64,000 bases of DNA from Malacoraja senta (taxonomy: Eukaryota). The notes beneath the pieces are model-generated. The model was not told where the DNA came from and did not search any database. It worked only from the letters and a program-made list of their open reading frames with translations. Positions 40,503 to 52,818 of the stretch are shown here, in pieces. Every line of letters begins with the position of its first letter. Position 1 is the stretch's first letter. Position numbers and translations under genes: made by a program. The DNA is taken from assembly GCA_038087875.1 (NCBI GenBank), contig JAXLNO010000611.1:62001-126000 (forward strand). Direction: 5' to 3'.

Positions 40503-41941
40503 CCTAACCCCACTTTTTAAGAAGGGAGGGAGAGAGAAAACGGGGAATTACAGACCAGTTAGTCTAACATCGGTAGTGGGGAAACTGCTAGAGTCAGTTA
40601 TTAAAGATGGGATAGCAGCACATTTGGAAAGTGGTGAAATCATTGGACAAAGTCAGCATGGATTTACGAAAGGTAAATCGTGTCTGACGAATCTTATAGA
40701 ATTTTTCGAGGATGTAACTAGTAGAGTGGATAGGGGAGAACCAGTGGATGTGTTGTATCTGGACTTTCAGAAGGCTTTCGACAAGGTACCACATAAGAGA
40801 TTAGGATACAAACTTAAATCACACGGTATTGGGGGTTCAGTATTGATGTGGATAGAGAACTGGCTGGCAAACAGGAAGCAAAGAGTAGGAGTAAACGGGT
40901 CCTTTTCACAATGGCAGGCAGTGACTAGTGGGGTACCGCAAGGCTCAGTGCTGGGACCCCAGCTATTTACAATTTATATTAATGATCTGGACGAGGGAAT
41001 TGAAAGCAACATCTGCAAGTTTGCGGATGACACTAAGCTGGGGGGCAGTGTTAGCTGTGAGGAGGATGCTAGGAGACTGCAAGGTGACTTGGATAGGCTG
41101 GGTGTGGGCAAATGTTTGGCAGATGCAGTATAATGTGGATAAATGTGAGGTTATCCACTTTGGTAGCAAAAACGGGAAGGCAGACTATTATCTAAATGGT
41201 GGCCGATTAGGAAATGGGGAGATGCAGCGAGACCTGGGTGTCATGGTACACCAGTCATTGAAAGTAGGCATGCAGGTGCAGCAGGCAGTGAAGAAAGCGA
41301 ATGGTATGTTGGCCTTCATAGCAAGAGGATTTGAGTATAGGAGCAGCGAGGTTCTACTGCAGTTGTACAGGGTCTTGGTGAGACCACACCTGGAGTATTG
41401 CGTACAGTTTTGGTCTCCAAATCTGAGGAAGGACATTATAGCCATAGAGGGAGTGCAGAGAAGGTTCACCAGACTGATTCCTGGGATGTCAGGACTTTCA
41501 TATGAAGAAAGACTGGATAGACTTGGCTTATACTCGCTAGAATTTAGGAGATTGAGAGGGGATCTTATAGAAACGTACAAGATTCTTATGGGGTTGGACA
41601 GGCTAGATGCAGGAAGATTGTTCCCGATGTTGGGGAAGTCCAGGACAAGGGGTCACAGCTTAAGGATAAGGGGGAAATCCTTTAGGACCGAGATGAGGAA
41701 AAACTTTTTCACACAGAGAGTGGTGAATCTCTGGAACTCTCTGCCACAGAGGGTAGTTGAGGCCAGTTCATTGGCTATATTTAAGAAGGAATTAGATGTG
41801 GCCCTTGTGGCTAAAGGGATCAGGGGGTATGGAGAGAAGGCAGGTACGGGATACTGAGTTGGATGATCAGCCATGATCGTATTGAATGGCGGTGCAGGCT
41901 CGAAGGGCCGAATGGCCTACTCCTGCACCTATTTTCTATGT
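40503..41941 (+). mobile_element. 5'-truncated CR1 LINE (family b), nearly intact RT, 7-bp TSD
   Basis: [60 protein letters not shown]; one frameshift near 41105. 3' UTR ends CTCGAAGGGCCGAATGGCCTACTCCTGCACCTATTTTCTATG. ATGAAAA at 40496-40502 and 41942-41948. Confidence 0.96.
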
Positions 41942-44900
41942 ATGAAAATGACAAAAATTCAGGACGCAAAATGCAACAAAATATCAGGACTTGAAAAGCA
42001 ACAAAATTTCAGCACAAGAAAAGCATGCGAAAAGCGACGAACCTTCAGGACGCGATAAGCGATGAACCTTCAAGACGTGAAAAGTGAAGAAAATTCAGAA
42101 CACGAAAAGTGACGAAAATTCATCACACAAAATGTGACGAAAATTCAGCACATGAAAAGCTACAAAATTTCAGGACGCGAAAAGCAACGAAATTTCTGGA
42201 CATGAAAAAGCGATGAAATTTCAGGACGTGAAACGCGACAACATTTCAGCACACGAAAGGCAACGAAATTTCAGCACACGAAAAGCGATGAAAATTCAGC
42301 ACCTGAAAACTGATGAAAATTCAGGATGCAAAAGGTGAAGAAAATTCAAAACGCAAAAAGCGACGTAATTTCAGGATGCAAAAAGCAATAAAAGTTCAGA
42401 ACACATGAAGCGACAACATTTCAGGACACGAAAAGCAACGCAATTTTAGCACATGAAAAGCCACGAAAATTCAGCACACAAAAAGTAACAAAAATTCAGG
42501 ACACGAAAAATGACAAAGTTTTAGGACGCAAAATGCGACTAAATTTCAGGACATGAAAGGTGACAAAATTCTGCACACATGAATAGCGACGAAAATTCTG
42601 CACACATAAAGCGACGTAAATTCAGGATGCATAAAGTGACGAAATTTCAGGACGTGAAAGGTGACGAAATTTCAGCACACAAAAAGCGATGAAAATTCAG
42701 CATGTGAAAAGCGAAGAAAACTCAGCATGCGAAGAGCGACGAAAATTCCGCACACAAAAACGTGAAAAAAATTCAGGACGCGAAATGCAACGAAATTCAC
42801 CACATGAAATGCGACAAAAATTCAGGATGCAAAATGCGACAACATTTCAGGACGTGAAAAGCGAAGAAATTTCAGCACATGAAAAGTGACGAAAATACTG
42901 CATGTGAAAATACCGAAAATACAGCACACGAAAAGAGACGAACCTTCAGGACACGATAAGCGATGAAAATTCAGCATACAATAGTGAAAAAAATTCAGGA
43001 CGTGAAAAGCGAAGAAATCTCAGGACCTGAAATGTGACAAAAATTCAGGATGGAAAAAGCGATGAAATTTAAGGACGTGAAAAGCGTCAACATTTCAGCA
43101 CACGAAAGGCAGCGAAAATTCAGCACACGAAGTGACGTAAATTCAGGACACAAATGTGACAAAAATTTAGGACGCATAAAGCGACACAATTTCAGGACGT
43201 GAAAAGCAACAAAATTTCAGCACACGAAAAGCGACGAAAATTCAGCCTGCTAAAAGTGATGAAATTTCAGCATGCGGAAATTGACAAACCTTCAGGATGC
43301 AAAAAGCGACGAAAAAGTTCAGAACACATGAAGCGACAACATTTCAGGACACGAAAAGCAACGAAATTTTAGCACATGAAAAGCTACGAAAATTCAGCAC
43401 ACAAAAAGTAACAAAAATTCAGGACACGAAAAATGACAAAATTTTAGGACGCAAAATGCGACTAAATTTCAGGACATGAAAGGTGACAAAATTTCAACAC
43501 ATGAATAGCGACGAAAATTCTGCACACATAAAGCGACGTAAATTCAGGATGCATAAAGTGACGAAATTTCAGGACGTGAAAGGTGACGAAATTTCAGCAC
43601 ACAAAAAGCGATGAAAATTCAGCATGTGAAAAGCGAAGAAAACTCAGCATGCGAAGAGCGACGAAAATTCCGCACACGAAAACGAGAAGAAAATTCAGGA
43701 TGCGAAATGCAACGAAATTCAGCACATGAAATGCGACAAAAATTCAGGATGCAAAATGCGACAACATTTCAGGACGTGAAAAGCGACGAAATTTCAGCAC
43801 ATGAAAAGCGACGAAAATACTGCATGTGAAAATACCGAAAATACAGCACACGAAAAGAGACGAACCTTCAGGACACGATAAGCGATGAAAATTCAGCACA
43901 CAATAGTGAAAAAAATTCAGGACGTGAAAAGCGAAGAAATCTCAGGACCTGAAATGTGTCAAAAATTCAGGATGGAAAAAGCGATGAAATTTAAGGACGT
44001 GAAAAGCGTCAACATTTCAGCACACGAAAGGCAGCGAAAATTCAGCACACGAAGTGACGAAAATGCAGGACACAAAAGCGACAAAAATTTAAGACGCATA
44101 AAGCGACACTATTTCAGGACGTGAAAAGCAACAACATTTCAGCACACGAAAAGCGACGAAAATTCAGCCTGCTAAAAGTGATGAAATTTCAGCACGCGGA
44201 AATTGACAAACCTTCAGGATGCAAAAAGCGACGAAAATTGAACACGCGATGTGCGACTAAAATTCCGCACACGAAAATGACAAAAATTCAGGACGCAAAA
44301 TGCAACAAAATTTCAGGACGTGAAAAGCAACAAAATTTCAGCACAAGAAAAGCATGCGAAAAGCGACGAACCTTCAGGACGCGATTAGCGATGAACCTTC
44401 AAGACGCGAAAAGTGAAGAAAATTCAGAACACGAAAAGTGACGAAAATTCAGCACACAAAATGTGAAGAAAATTCAGCACATGAAAGCTACAAAATTTCA
44501 GGACGTGAAAAGCAACGAAATTTCTGGACATGAAAAAGCGATGAAATTACAGGACGTGAAAAGCGACAACATTTCAGCACACGAAAGGCAACGAAAATTC
44601 AGCACATGAAAAGCGATGAAAATTCAGCACATGAAAAGAGACTAAAATTTAGGATGCAAGAGGCGACAAAATTCAAAATGGCAAAAGCGATATAAATTCA
44701 GGACGTGAAAAGCGATGAAAATTCAGGACGAGAAGGCAACAATATTTCAGGATGCAAAAAGTAAAACAATTTCAGCACATGAAAAGTGACGAAAATTCAG
44801 CATGTGAAACGCAACGAAAATTCAGGATGTGAAAATTGACAAAACTTCAGGACACGAAAAGCGACGAAATTTCAGCACACGAATAGCGACGAAAATTCAG

Positions 44901-46923
44901 CACGTGAAAAGTGATGAAAATTCAGGATGCAAAAGGCGACGAAAATTCAAAACGCAAAAAGCGACGTAATTTCAGGGTGCGAAAAGCGATAAAAGTTCAG
45001 AACACATGAAGCGACAACATTTCAGGACACGAAAAGCAACGCAATTTTAGCACATGAAAAGCTACAAAAATTCAGCACACAAAAAGTAACAAAAATTCAG
45101 GACACGAAAAATGACAAAATTTCAAGACGCAAAATGCGACTAAATTTCAGGACATGAAAGGTGACAAAATTTCAACACATGAATAGCGACGAAAATTCTG
45201 CACGTGAAAAGTGCTGAAAATTCAGCACGCGAAAAGTGACGAACCTTCAGGACACGAAAAGCGACTAAAATTCAGCGCGTGAAACACGGCGAAAATTCAG
45301 CACACATAAAGCGACGTAAATTCAGGATGCATAAAGTGACGAAATTTCAGGACGTGAAAGGTGACGAAATTTCAGCACACAAAAAGCGATGAAAATTCAG
45401 CATGTGAAAAGCGAAGAAAACTCAGCATGCGAAGAGCGACGAAAATTCCGCACACGAAAACGAGGAAAAAATTCAGGACGCGAAATGCAACGAAATTCAG
45501 CACATGAAATGCGACAAAAATTCAGGATGCAAAATGCGACGAAATTTCAGGACGCTAAATGCGACTAAATTTCAGCACACGAAAAGCGACAACAATTCAG
45601 CACGCAAAAAGTGACAAATTTTCAGCATGCAAAAAGTGACAAAAATTCAGCATGCGAAAAGCAACAAACCTTCGGGATGTGAAAAGTGATGAAAATGTAG
45701 CACGCGAAAAGCGACGAAATATCAGGACGCATAAAGTGATGAAATTTCAGGACGTGAAAGGCGACTAAATTTCAGCACATGAAAAGCGACGAAAATTCAG
45801 CATGCGAAAAGCGACGAAAATTCAGCACCCGAAAAGTGACGAACATTCAGGACGCGATAAGCGACTGAAATTCAGCGCGTGAAATGCGACGAAAATTCAG
45901 CACACAAAGAGCGATGTAAATTCAGGACGGATTAAGCGACGAAATTTCAGGACGTGAAAGACTACGAAATTTCAGCACACAAAAAACGACGAAAATTCAG
46001 CATGTGAAAAGTGACGAAAATTCAGCACACGAAAAGTGACGAACCTTCACGACGCGAAAAGCGACAAAAATTCGGCACGTGAAATGCGACAAAAATTCAG
46101 CACACAAAAAGCGACGTAAATTCATGACTCGAAAAGCGACGAAAATGCAGGAGGTATAAAGCGCCGCAATTTCAGGACGTGAAAAGCAACTAAATTTCAG
46201 CCTGCGAAAAGTGACAAAAATTCAGCCTGCGAAAAGCGATGAAAATTCAGCAGGCGAAAAGTGACGAACCTTCAGGACGCAAAAAGGACGAAAATTGAGC
46301 AGGTGAAGTGACAAAAGTTCCGCACACGAAAATGACAAAAATTCAGGAGGCGAAATGCAACGAAATTTCAGGACATGAAATGCGACAACATTTCAGGTCT
46401 CAAAAAGCAACGATATTTCAGGATGCAAAAAGCGACTAAATTTCAGCACATGAAAAGCGACAAATATTCAGCACGCAAAAAGTGACAAAAATTCAGCATG
46501 CGAAAACGACAAACCTTCACAACGCGAAAAGTAATGAAAATGTAGCACGCGGAAAACGATGAAAATTCAGCACGCGAAAAGCAATGTAAGTTCAGGACAT
46601 GAAAAGCAACGAAATTTCAGGATGCATAAAGAGACGAAATTTAAAGACGTGAAATGCGACGAAATGTCAGCAAACGACGAAAATTCAGCATGCAAAAAGC
46701 GATGAAAATTCAGCATGCTAAAAGTGACGAACCTTCAGGATGCGAAAAGCAACTCAAATTCAGCACACGAAACGCGAGGAAAATTCAGCACACGAAAAGC
46801 GACGTAAATTCATGACGTGAAAAGCAATGAAATTTCAGCCTGCGAAAAGCGATGAAAATTCAGCCTGTGAAAAGCGACGAAAATTCAGCATGCGAAAAGT
46901 GACGAACCTTCAGGACGCGAAAA
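41942..46923 (+). repeat. Satellite A, continuation of the higher-order repeat domain
   Basis: Same marker at 43018 and 43940. 25-bp monomers throughout. Confidence 0.96.
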
Positions 46924-47190
46924 GTTGACTGCTAAGTTCTCGAGGTGAGATAACCTTAAGTAGCCCATGACGTCACGTGCCAGCCCTCGTACCTACTGAC
47001 GACCATCAGTGGTCTGTGTATCGGCTGATGCCACAGGACCCACCCCCCAGAACCGGAGGGAGGAATAGAATGGTCGAGGGCGGCTCCTGCATGTGGGTCG
47101 GGGACACCCCGGGCGTGGGTCGGGACGGAGGGGCCCGCGGACGCAGTCGTAGCTCTGCGTGAGCGATCCCGAGGTACCGAGGGGTGCGAG
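46924..47190 (-). mobile_element. LTR-element 3' fragment (variant X, copy 1; LTR lacks ~150 bp of its 3' end)
   Basis: Near-identical to 52415-52681 (offset 5491). On the minus strand: GC-rich internal stretch, GGGGGGTGGG tract, then TGTGGC starting at 47035. Confidence 0.7.
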
Positions 47191-47576
47191 TTTTGTATTT
47201 TCAAAGTAAACCACCTTTTGCATTTTCAAAGCAAACCACCTTTTGCATTTTCATAGCAAACCACCTTTAGCATTTTCAAAGCAAAACAGTTTTTGCATTC
47301 TCAAAGCAAACCGCCTTTTGCATTTTCAAAGCAAACCACCTTTTGCATTTTGAAAACAAACCACCTTTTGCATTTTCAAAGCAAATCACCTGTTGCATTT
47401 TCAAAGCAAACCACCATTTCCATTTTCAAATCACCTTTTGCATTTTCAAACCAAATCACCTTTTGCATTTTCAAAGCAAACCACTTTTTCCATTTTCAAA
47501 GCAAACCACCTTTTGTATTTTCAAAGCAAGCCACCTTTTGCATTTTTAAAACAAAACAGTTTTTGCATTCTCAAAG

Positions 47577-47795
47577 CACGTGCCAGCCCTCGTACCTCCT
47601 GACGAGGGTTCGACCATCTCTGTATAGGCTGACGCCATAGGACCCCCCCCACAAGAAATGGAGCGAGGAATAGAATCGTCGAGGGCGGCTCCTGCAAGTA
47701 GGTCGGGGACACCCCGGGCGCGGGTCGGGACGGAGGCGCCCGCGGGCGCTGTCCACGCTCCGCGTGGGCGATCCCGAGTTACCGAGGGGTGCGAG
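47577..47795 (-). mobile_element. LTR-element 3' fragment, diverged variant Y (internal end, G-tract, LTR start)
   Basis: Colinear with variant X from CACGTGCCAGCCCTCGTACCT to CCGAGGGGTGCGAG, but with many substitutions. Confidence 0.6.
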
Positions 47796-48228
47796 GTTTG
47801 CATTTTCGAAGTAAACCTTTTGCATTTTCAAAGCAAACCACCTGTTGCATTTTCAAAGCAAACCACCTATTGCATTTTCAAAGCAAATCACCTTTTACAT
47901 TTTCATAGCAAACCACCTTTAGCATTTTCAAAGCAAAACAGTTTTTGCATTCTCAAAGCAAACCGCCTTTTGCATTTTCAAAGCAAACCACCTTTTGCAT
48001 TTCGAAAACAAACCACCTTTTGCATTTTCAAAGCAAATCACCTGTTGCATTTTCAAAGCAAACCACCATTTCCATTTTCAAACCACCTTTTGCATTTTCA
48101 AACCAAATCACCTTTTGCATTTTCAAAGCAAACCACTTTTTCCATTTTCAAAGCAAACCACCTTTTGTATTTTCAAAGCAAGACACCTTTTGCATTTTTA
48201 AAACAAAACAGTTTTTACATTCTCAAAG

Positions 48229-48448
48229 CACGTGCCAGCCCTCGTACCTCCTGACGAGGGTTCGACCATCTCTGTATAGGCTGACGCCATAGGACCCCCC
48301 CCCACAAGAACTGGAGCGAGGAATAGAATCGTCGAGGGCGGCTCCTGCAAGTAGGTCGGGGACACCCCGGGCGCGGGTCGGGACGGAGGCGCCCGCGGGC
48401 GCTGTCCACGCTCCGCGTGGGCGATCCCGAGTTACCGAGGGGTGCGAG
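48229..48448 (-). mobile_element. Variant Y, second copy
   Basis: Nearly identical to 47577-47795. Confidence 0.6.
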
Positions 48449-48502
48449 GTTTGCATTTTCGAAGTAAACCTTTTGCATTTTCAAAGCAAACCACCTGTTG
48501 CA

Positions 48503-51500
48503 AAGAGCGACGAAAATTCCGCACATGAAAACGAGAAAAAAAATTCAGGACACGAAATGAAACGAAATTCCGCACATGAAATGCGACAAAAATTCAGGAT
48601 GCAAAATGCGACAAATTTTCAGGACGTGAAAAGTTACGAAATTTCAGCACATGAAAAGCGACGAAAATACTGCACGTGAAAAGTACCGAAAATACAGCAC
48701 ACGAAAAGAGACGAACCTTCAGGACACGATAAGCGATAAAAATTCAGCACACATTAGTGAAAAAAATTCAGGACGTGAAAAGCAAAGAAATCTCAGGACC
48801 TGAAATGTGACAAAAATTCAGGATGGAAAAACCGATGAAATTCAAGGACGTGAAAAGCATCAACATTTCAGCACACGAAAGGCAACGAAAATTCAGCACA
48901 CGAAGTGGCGAAAATTCAGGACACGAAAAGCGACAAAAATTTAGGACGCATAAAGCGACGAAATTTCAGGACGTGAAAAGCAACAAAATTTCAGCACACG
49001 AAAAGCGACGAAAATTCAGCCTGCAAAAAGCGACGAAAATTGAACACGCGATGTGCGACTAAAATTCCGCACAAGAAAATGACAAAAATTCAGGGCGCAA
49101 AATGCAACAAAATTTCAGGACGTGAAAAGCAACAAAATTTCAGCACAAGAAAAGCATGCGAAAAGCGACGAACCTTCATGACGCGATAAGCGATGCACCT
49201 TCAAGACGCGAAAAGTGAAGAAAATTCAGAACACGAAAAGTGACGAAAATTCAGCACACAAAATGTGACGAAGATTCAGCACATGAAAAGCTACAAAATT
49301 TCAGGACACGAAAAGCAACGAAATTTCTGGACATGAAAAAGCGATGAAATTTCAGGACGTGAAATAGCGACAACATTTCAGCACACGAAAGGCAACGAAA
49401 ATTCAGCACACGAAAAGCGATGAAAATTCAGCAAATGAAAAGTGACTAAAATTTAGGATGCAAGAGGCGACAAAAATTCAAAATGGCAAAAGCGATATAA
49501 ATTCAGGACGTGAAAAGCGACGAAAATTCAGGACGAGAAGGCAACAATATTTCGGGATGAAAAAAGCAAAACAATTTCAGCACATGAAAAGTTACGAAAA
49601 TTCAGCATGTGAAACGCAACGAAAATTCAGGATGCGAAAATTGACAAAACTTTAGGACATGAAAAGCGACGAAATTTCAGCACACGAAAAGCGACGAAAA
49701 TTCAGCACGTGAAAAGTGATGAAAATTCAGGATGCAAAAGACGACGAAAATTCAAAACGCAAAAAGCGACGTAATTTCAGGATGCGAAAAGCGATAAAAG
49801 TTCAGAACACATGAAGCGACAACATTTCAGGACACGAAAAGCAACGCAATTTTAGCACATGGAAAGCTACGAAAATTCAGCACACAAAAAGTAACAAAAA
49901 TTCAGGACACGAAAAATGACAAAATTTGAGGACGCAAAATGCGACTACATTTCAGGACATGAAAGGTGACAAAATTTCAACACTTGAATAGCGACGAAAA
50001 TTCTGCACGTGAAAAGTGCTGAAAATTCAGCACGCGAAAAGTGACGAACCTTCAGGACACGAAAAGCGACTAAAATTCAGCGCGTGAAACACGGCGAAAA
50101 TTCAGCACACATAAAGCGACGTAAATTCAGGATGCATAAAGTGACGAAATTTCAGGACGTGAAAGGTGACGAAATTTCAGCACACAAAAAGCGATGAAAA
50201 TTCAGCATGTTAAAAGCGAAGAAAACTCAGCATGTGAAGAGCGATGAAAATTCCGCACACGAAAACGAGGAAAAAATTCAGGACGCGAAATGCAACGAAA
50301 TTCAGCACATGAAATGCGACAAAAATTCAGGATGCAAAATGCAACGAAATTTCAGGACGCTAAATGCGACTAAATTTCAGCACACTAAAAGCGACAACAA
50401 TTCAGCACGCAAAAAGTGACAAATTTTCAGCATGCAAAAAGTGACAAAAATTCAGCATGCGAAAAGCAACCAACCTTCGGGACGTGAAAAGTGATGAAAA
50501 TGTAGCACGCGAAAAGCGACGAAATATCAGGATGCATAAAGTGATGAAATTTCTGGACGTGAAAGGCGACTAAATTTCAGCACATGAAAAGCGACGAAAA
50601 TTCAGCATGCGAAAAGCGACGAAAATTCAGCACCCGAAAAGTGACGAACATTCAGGATGCGATAAGCGACTGAAATTCAGCACGTGAAATGCGACGAAAA
50701 TTCAGCACACAAAGAGCGATGTAAATTCAGGACGGATTAAGCGACGAAATTTCAGGACGTGAAAGACTACGAAATTTCAGCACACGAAAAACGACGAAAA
50801 TTCAGCATGTGAAAAGTGACGAAAATTCAGCACGCGAAAAGTGACGAACCTTCAGGACGCGAAAAGCGACTAAAATTCAGCACGTGAAATGCGACAAAAA
50901 TTCAGCACACAAAAAGCAATGTAAATTCATGACTCGAAAAGCGACGAAAATGCAGGAGGTATAAAGCGCCGCAATTTCAGGACGTGGAAAGCAACTAAAT
51001 TTCAGCCTGCGAAAAGTGACAAAAATTCAGCCGGCAAAAAGCGATGAAAATTCAGCAGGCGAAAAGTGACGAACCTTCAGGACGCAAAAAGGGACGAAAA
51101 TTGAGCAGTTGAAGAGTGACGAAAATTCCGCACACGAAAATGACAAAAATTCAGGAGGCGAAATGCAACGAAATTTCAGGACATGAAATGCGACAACATT
51201 TCAGGTCGCAAAAAGCAACGATATTTCAGGATGCAAAAAGCGACTAAATTTCAGCACATGAAAAGCGACAAATATTCAGCACGCAAAAAGTGACAAAAAT
51301 TCAGCATGCGAAAAGCGACAAACCTTCACAACGCGAAAAGTAATGAAAATGTAGCACGCGGAAAACGATGAAAATTCAGCACGCGAAAAGCAATGTAAGT
51401 TCAGGACATGAAAAGCGACGAAATTTCAGGATGCATAAAGAGACGAAATTTAAAGACGTGAAATGCGACGAAATGTCAGCAAATGACGAAAATTCAGCAT

Positions 51501-52264
51501 GCGAAAAGCGACGAAAATTCAGCATGCTAAAAGTGACGAACCTTCAGGATGCGAAAAGCAACTAAAATTCAGCACACGAAACGCGAGGAAAATTCAGCAC
51601 ATGAAAAGCGACGTAAATTCATGACGTGAAAAGCAATGAAATTTCAGCCTGCGAAAAGCGATGAAAATTCAGCCTGCGAAAAGCGACGAAAATTCAGCAT
51701 GTGAAAAGCGACAAATATTCAGCACGCAAAAAGTGACAAAAATTCAGCATGCGAAAAGCGACAAAGTTCACAACGCAAAAAGTAATGAAAATGTAGCACG
51801 CGGAAAACGATGAAAATTCAGCACGCGAAAATCAACGTAAGTTCAGGACATGAAAAGCGACGAAATTTCAGGATGCATAAAGAGACGAAATTTAAAGACG
51901 TGAAATGCGACGAAATGTCAGCAAACGACGAAAATTCAGCATGCCAAAAGCGACGAAAATTCAGCATGCTAAAAGTGACGAACCTTCAGGATGCGAAAAG
52001 CAACTAAAATTCAGCACACGAAACGCGAGGAAAATTCAGCACACGAAAAGCGACGTAAATTCATGACGTGAAAAGCAATGAAATTTCAGCCTGCGAAAAG
52101 CGATGAAAATTCAGCCTGCGAAAAGCGATGAAAATTCAGCATGCGAAAAGCGACGAACCTCAGGACGCAAAAAACGACGAAACTTTTGCACGCAAAGAGC
52201 GACGAAAATTCCGCCCACGAAAATGACAAAAATTCAGGATGCGAAATGCAACGAAATTTCAGGA
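48503..52264 (+). repeat. Satellite A, duplicate of ~43655-46923 with an extra internal 442-bp duplication
   Basis: Shared variant order (e.g. ~45600 vs ~50406). Near-identical spurious ORFs at 51368 and 51810 show the 442-bp repeat. Confidence 0.93.
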
Positions 52265-52681
52265 TGTAGCGGCACCAAACGTGGTGAATAAGGCCAGACG
52301 TCAGGCAGGTTCAAACGATAGTTTAATGAGGTGTTACACGCTAGGTTGGTCCGCTAACTATATTATCATTGCTGCTGCAGCTGTGAGAGGTTGTTCTCTC
52401 GAACTCAGCTACCTGTTGACTGCTAAGGTCTCGAGGTGAGATAACCTTAAGTAGCCCATGACGTCACGTGCCAGCCCTCGTACCTACTGACGACCATCAG
52501 TGGTCTGTGTATCGGCTGATGCCACAGGACCCACCCCCCAGAACCGGAGGGAGGAATAGAATGGTCGAGGGCGGCTCCTGCATGTGGGTCGGGGACACCC
52601 CGGGCGTGGGTCGGGACGGAGGGGCCCGCGGACGCAGTCGACGCTCTGCGTGAGCGATCCCGAGGTACCGAGGGGTGCGAG
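52265..52681 (-). mobile_element. Complete 262-bp LTR (52265-52526) with PPT and ~145 bp of 3' internal sequence (variant X, copy 2), probably Gypsy-type
   Basis: Termini TGTAGC...GCCACA (TG..CA, imperfect inverted ends). On the minus strand: GGGGGGTGGG-TCC immediately before the LTR, then CACGTGACGTCA, TATA-like TACTTAAG, and ATTAAA ~60 nt before the terminal CA. No diagnostic protein domain, so the superfamily is inferred. Confidence 0.75.
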
Positions 52682-52818
52682 TTTTGTATTTTCAAAGTAA
52701 ACCACCTTTTGCATTTTCAAAGCAAACCACCTTTTGCATTTTCATAGCAAACCACCTTTAGCATTTTCAAAGCAAAACAGTTTTTGCATTCTCAAAGCAA
52801 ACCGCTTTTTGCATTTTC

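Larger units (their letters stand above)
47191..48502 (+). repeat. Satellite B island interrupted by two GC-rich variant-Y units
   Basis: 25-bp TTTTGCATTTTCAAAGCAAACCACC repeats. A Y-plus-satellite unit is repeated with a 652-bp period. Confidence 0.93.

Noticed and set aside
40501..40512. Telomeric seed (CCTAACCC) at the CR1 5' junction
   Set aside because: A single unit that fits the CR1 coding sequence just before PLFKKG.
19136..46923. Strong intrinsic DNA curvature from phased A-tracts
   Set aside because: Tracts alternate at 10 and 15 bp spacing, so the 25-bp period is out of phase with the helical repeat. It cannot be supported without modelling.
46975..47060. Hammerhead or HDV-like ribozyme in the X/Y units (CTGACGA followed by a small stem)
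   Set aside because: No GAAA follows the stem, no HDV nested pseudoknot could be built, and the stems are not conserved between X and Y. PPT plus LTR start explains the sequence better.
1..52264. CRISPR array suggested by short regular repeats
   Set aside because: Monomers are contiguous and degenerate with no unique spacers, there are no cas genes, and the context is vertebrate-type retroelements.
1..52264. CENP-B boxes in satellite A (frequent TTCG)
   Set aside because: The required TTCGnnnnAnnCGGG pattern is not in the consensus or in the variants I read.
438..52291. Dozens of K/R-rich ORFs (KRRKFST, AKSDENS) resembling basic nuclear proteins
   Set aside because: They are translations of the 25-bp satellite A, appear in all frames and cycle every 75 nt.
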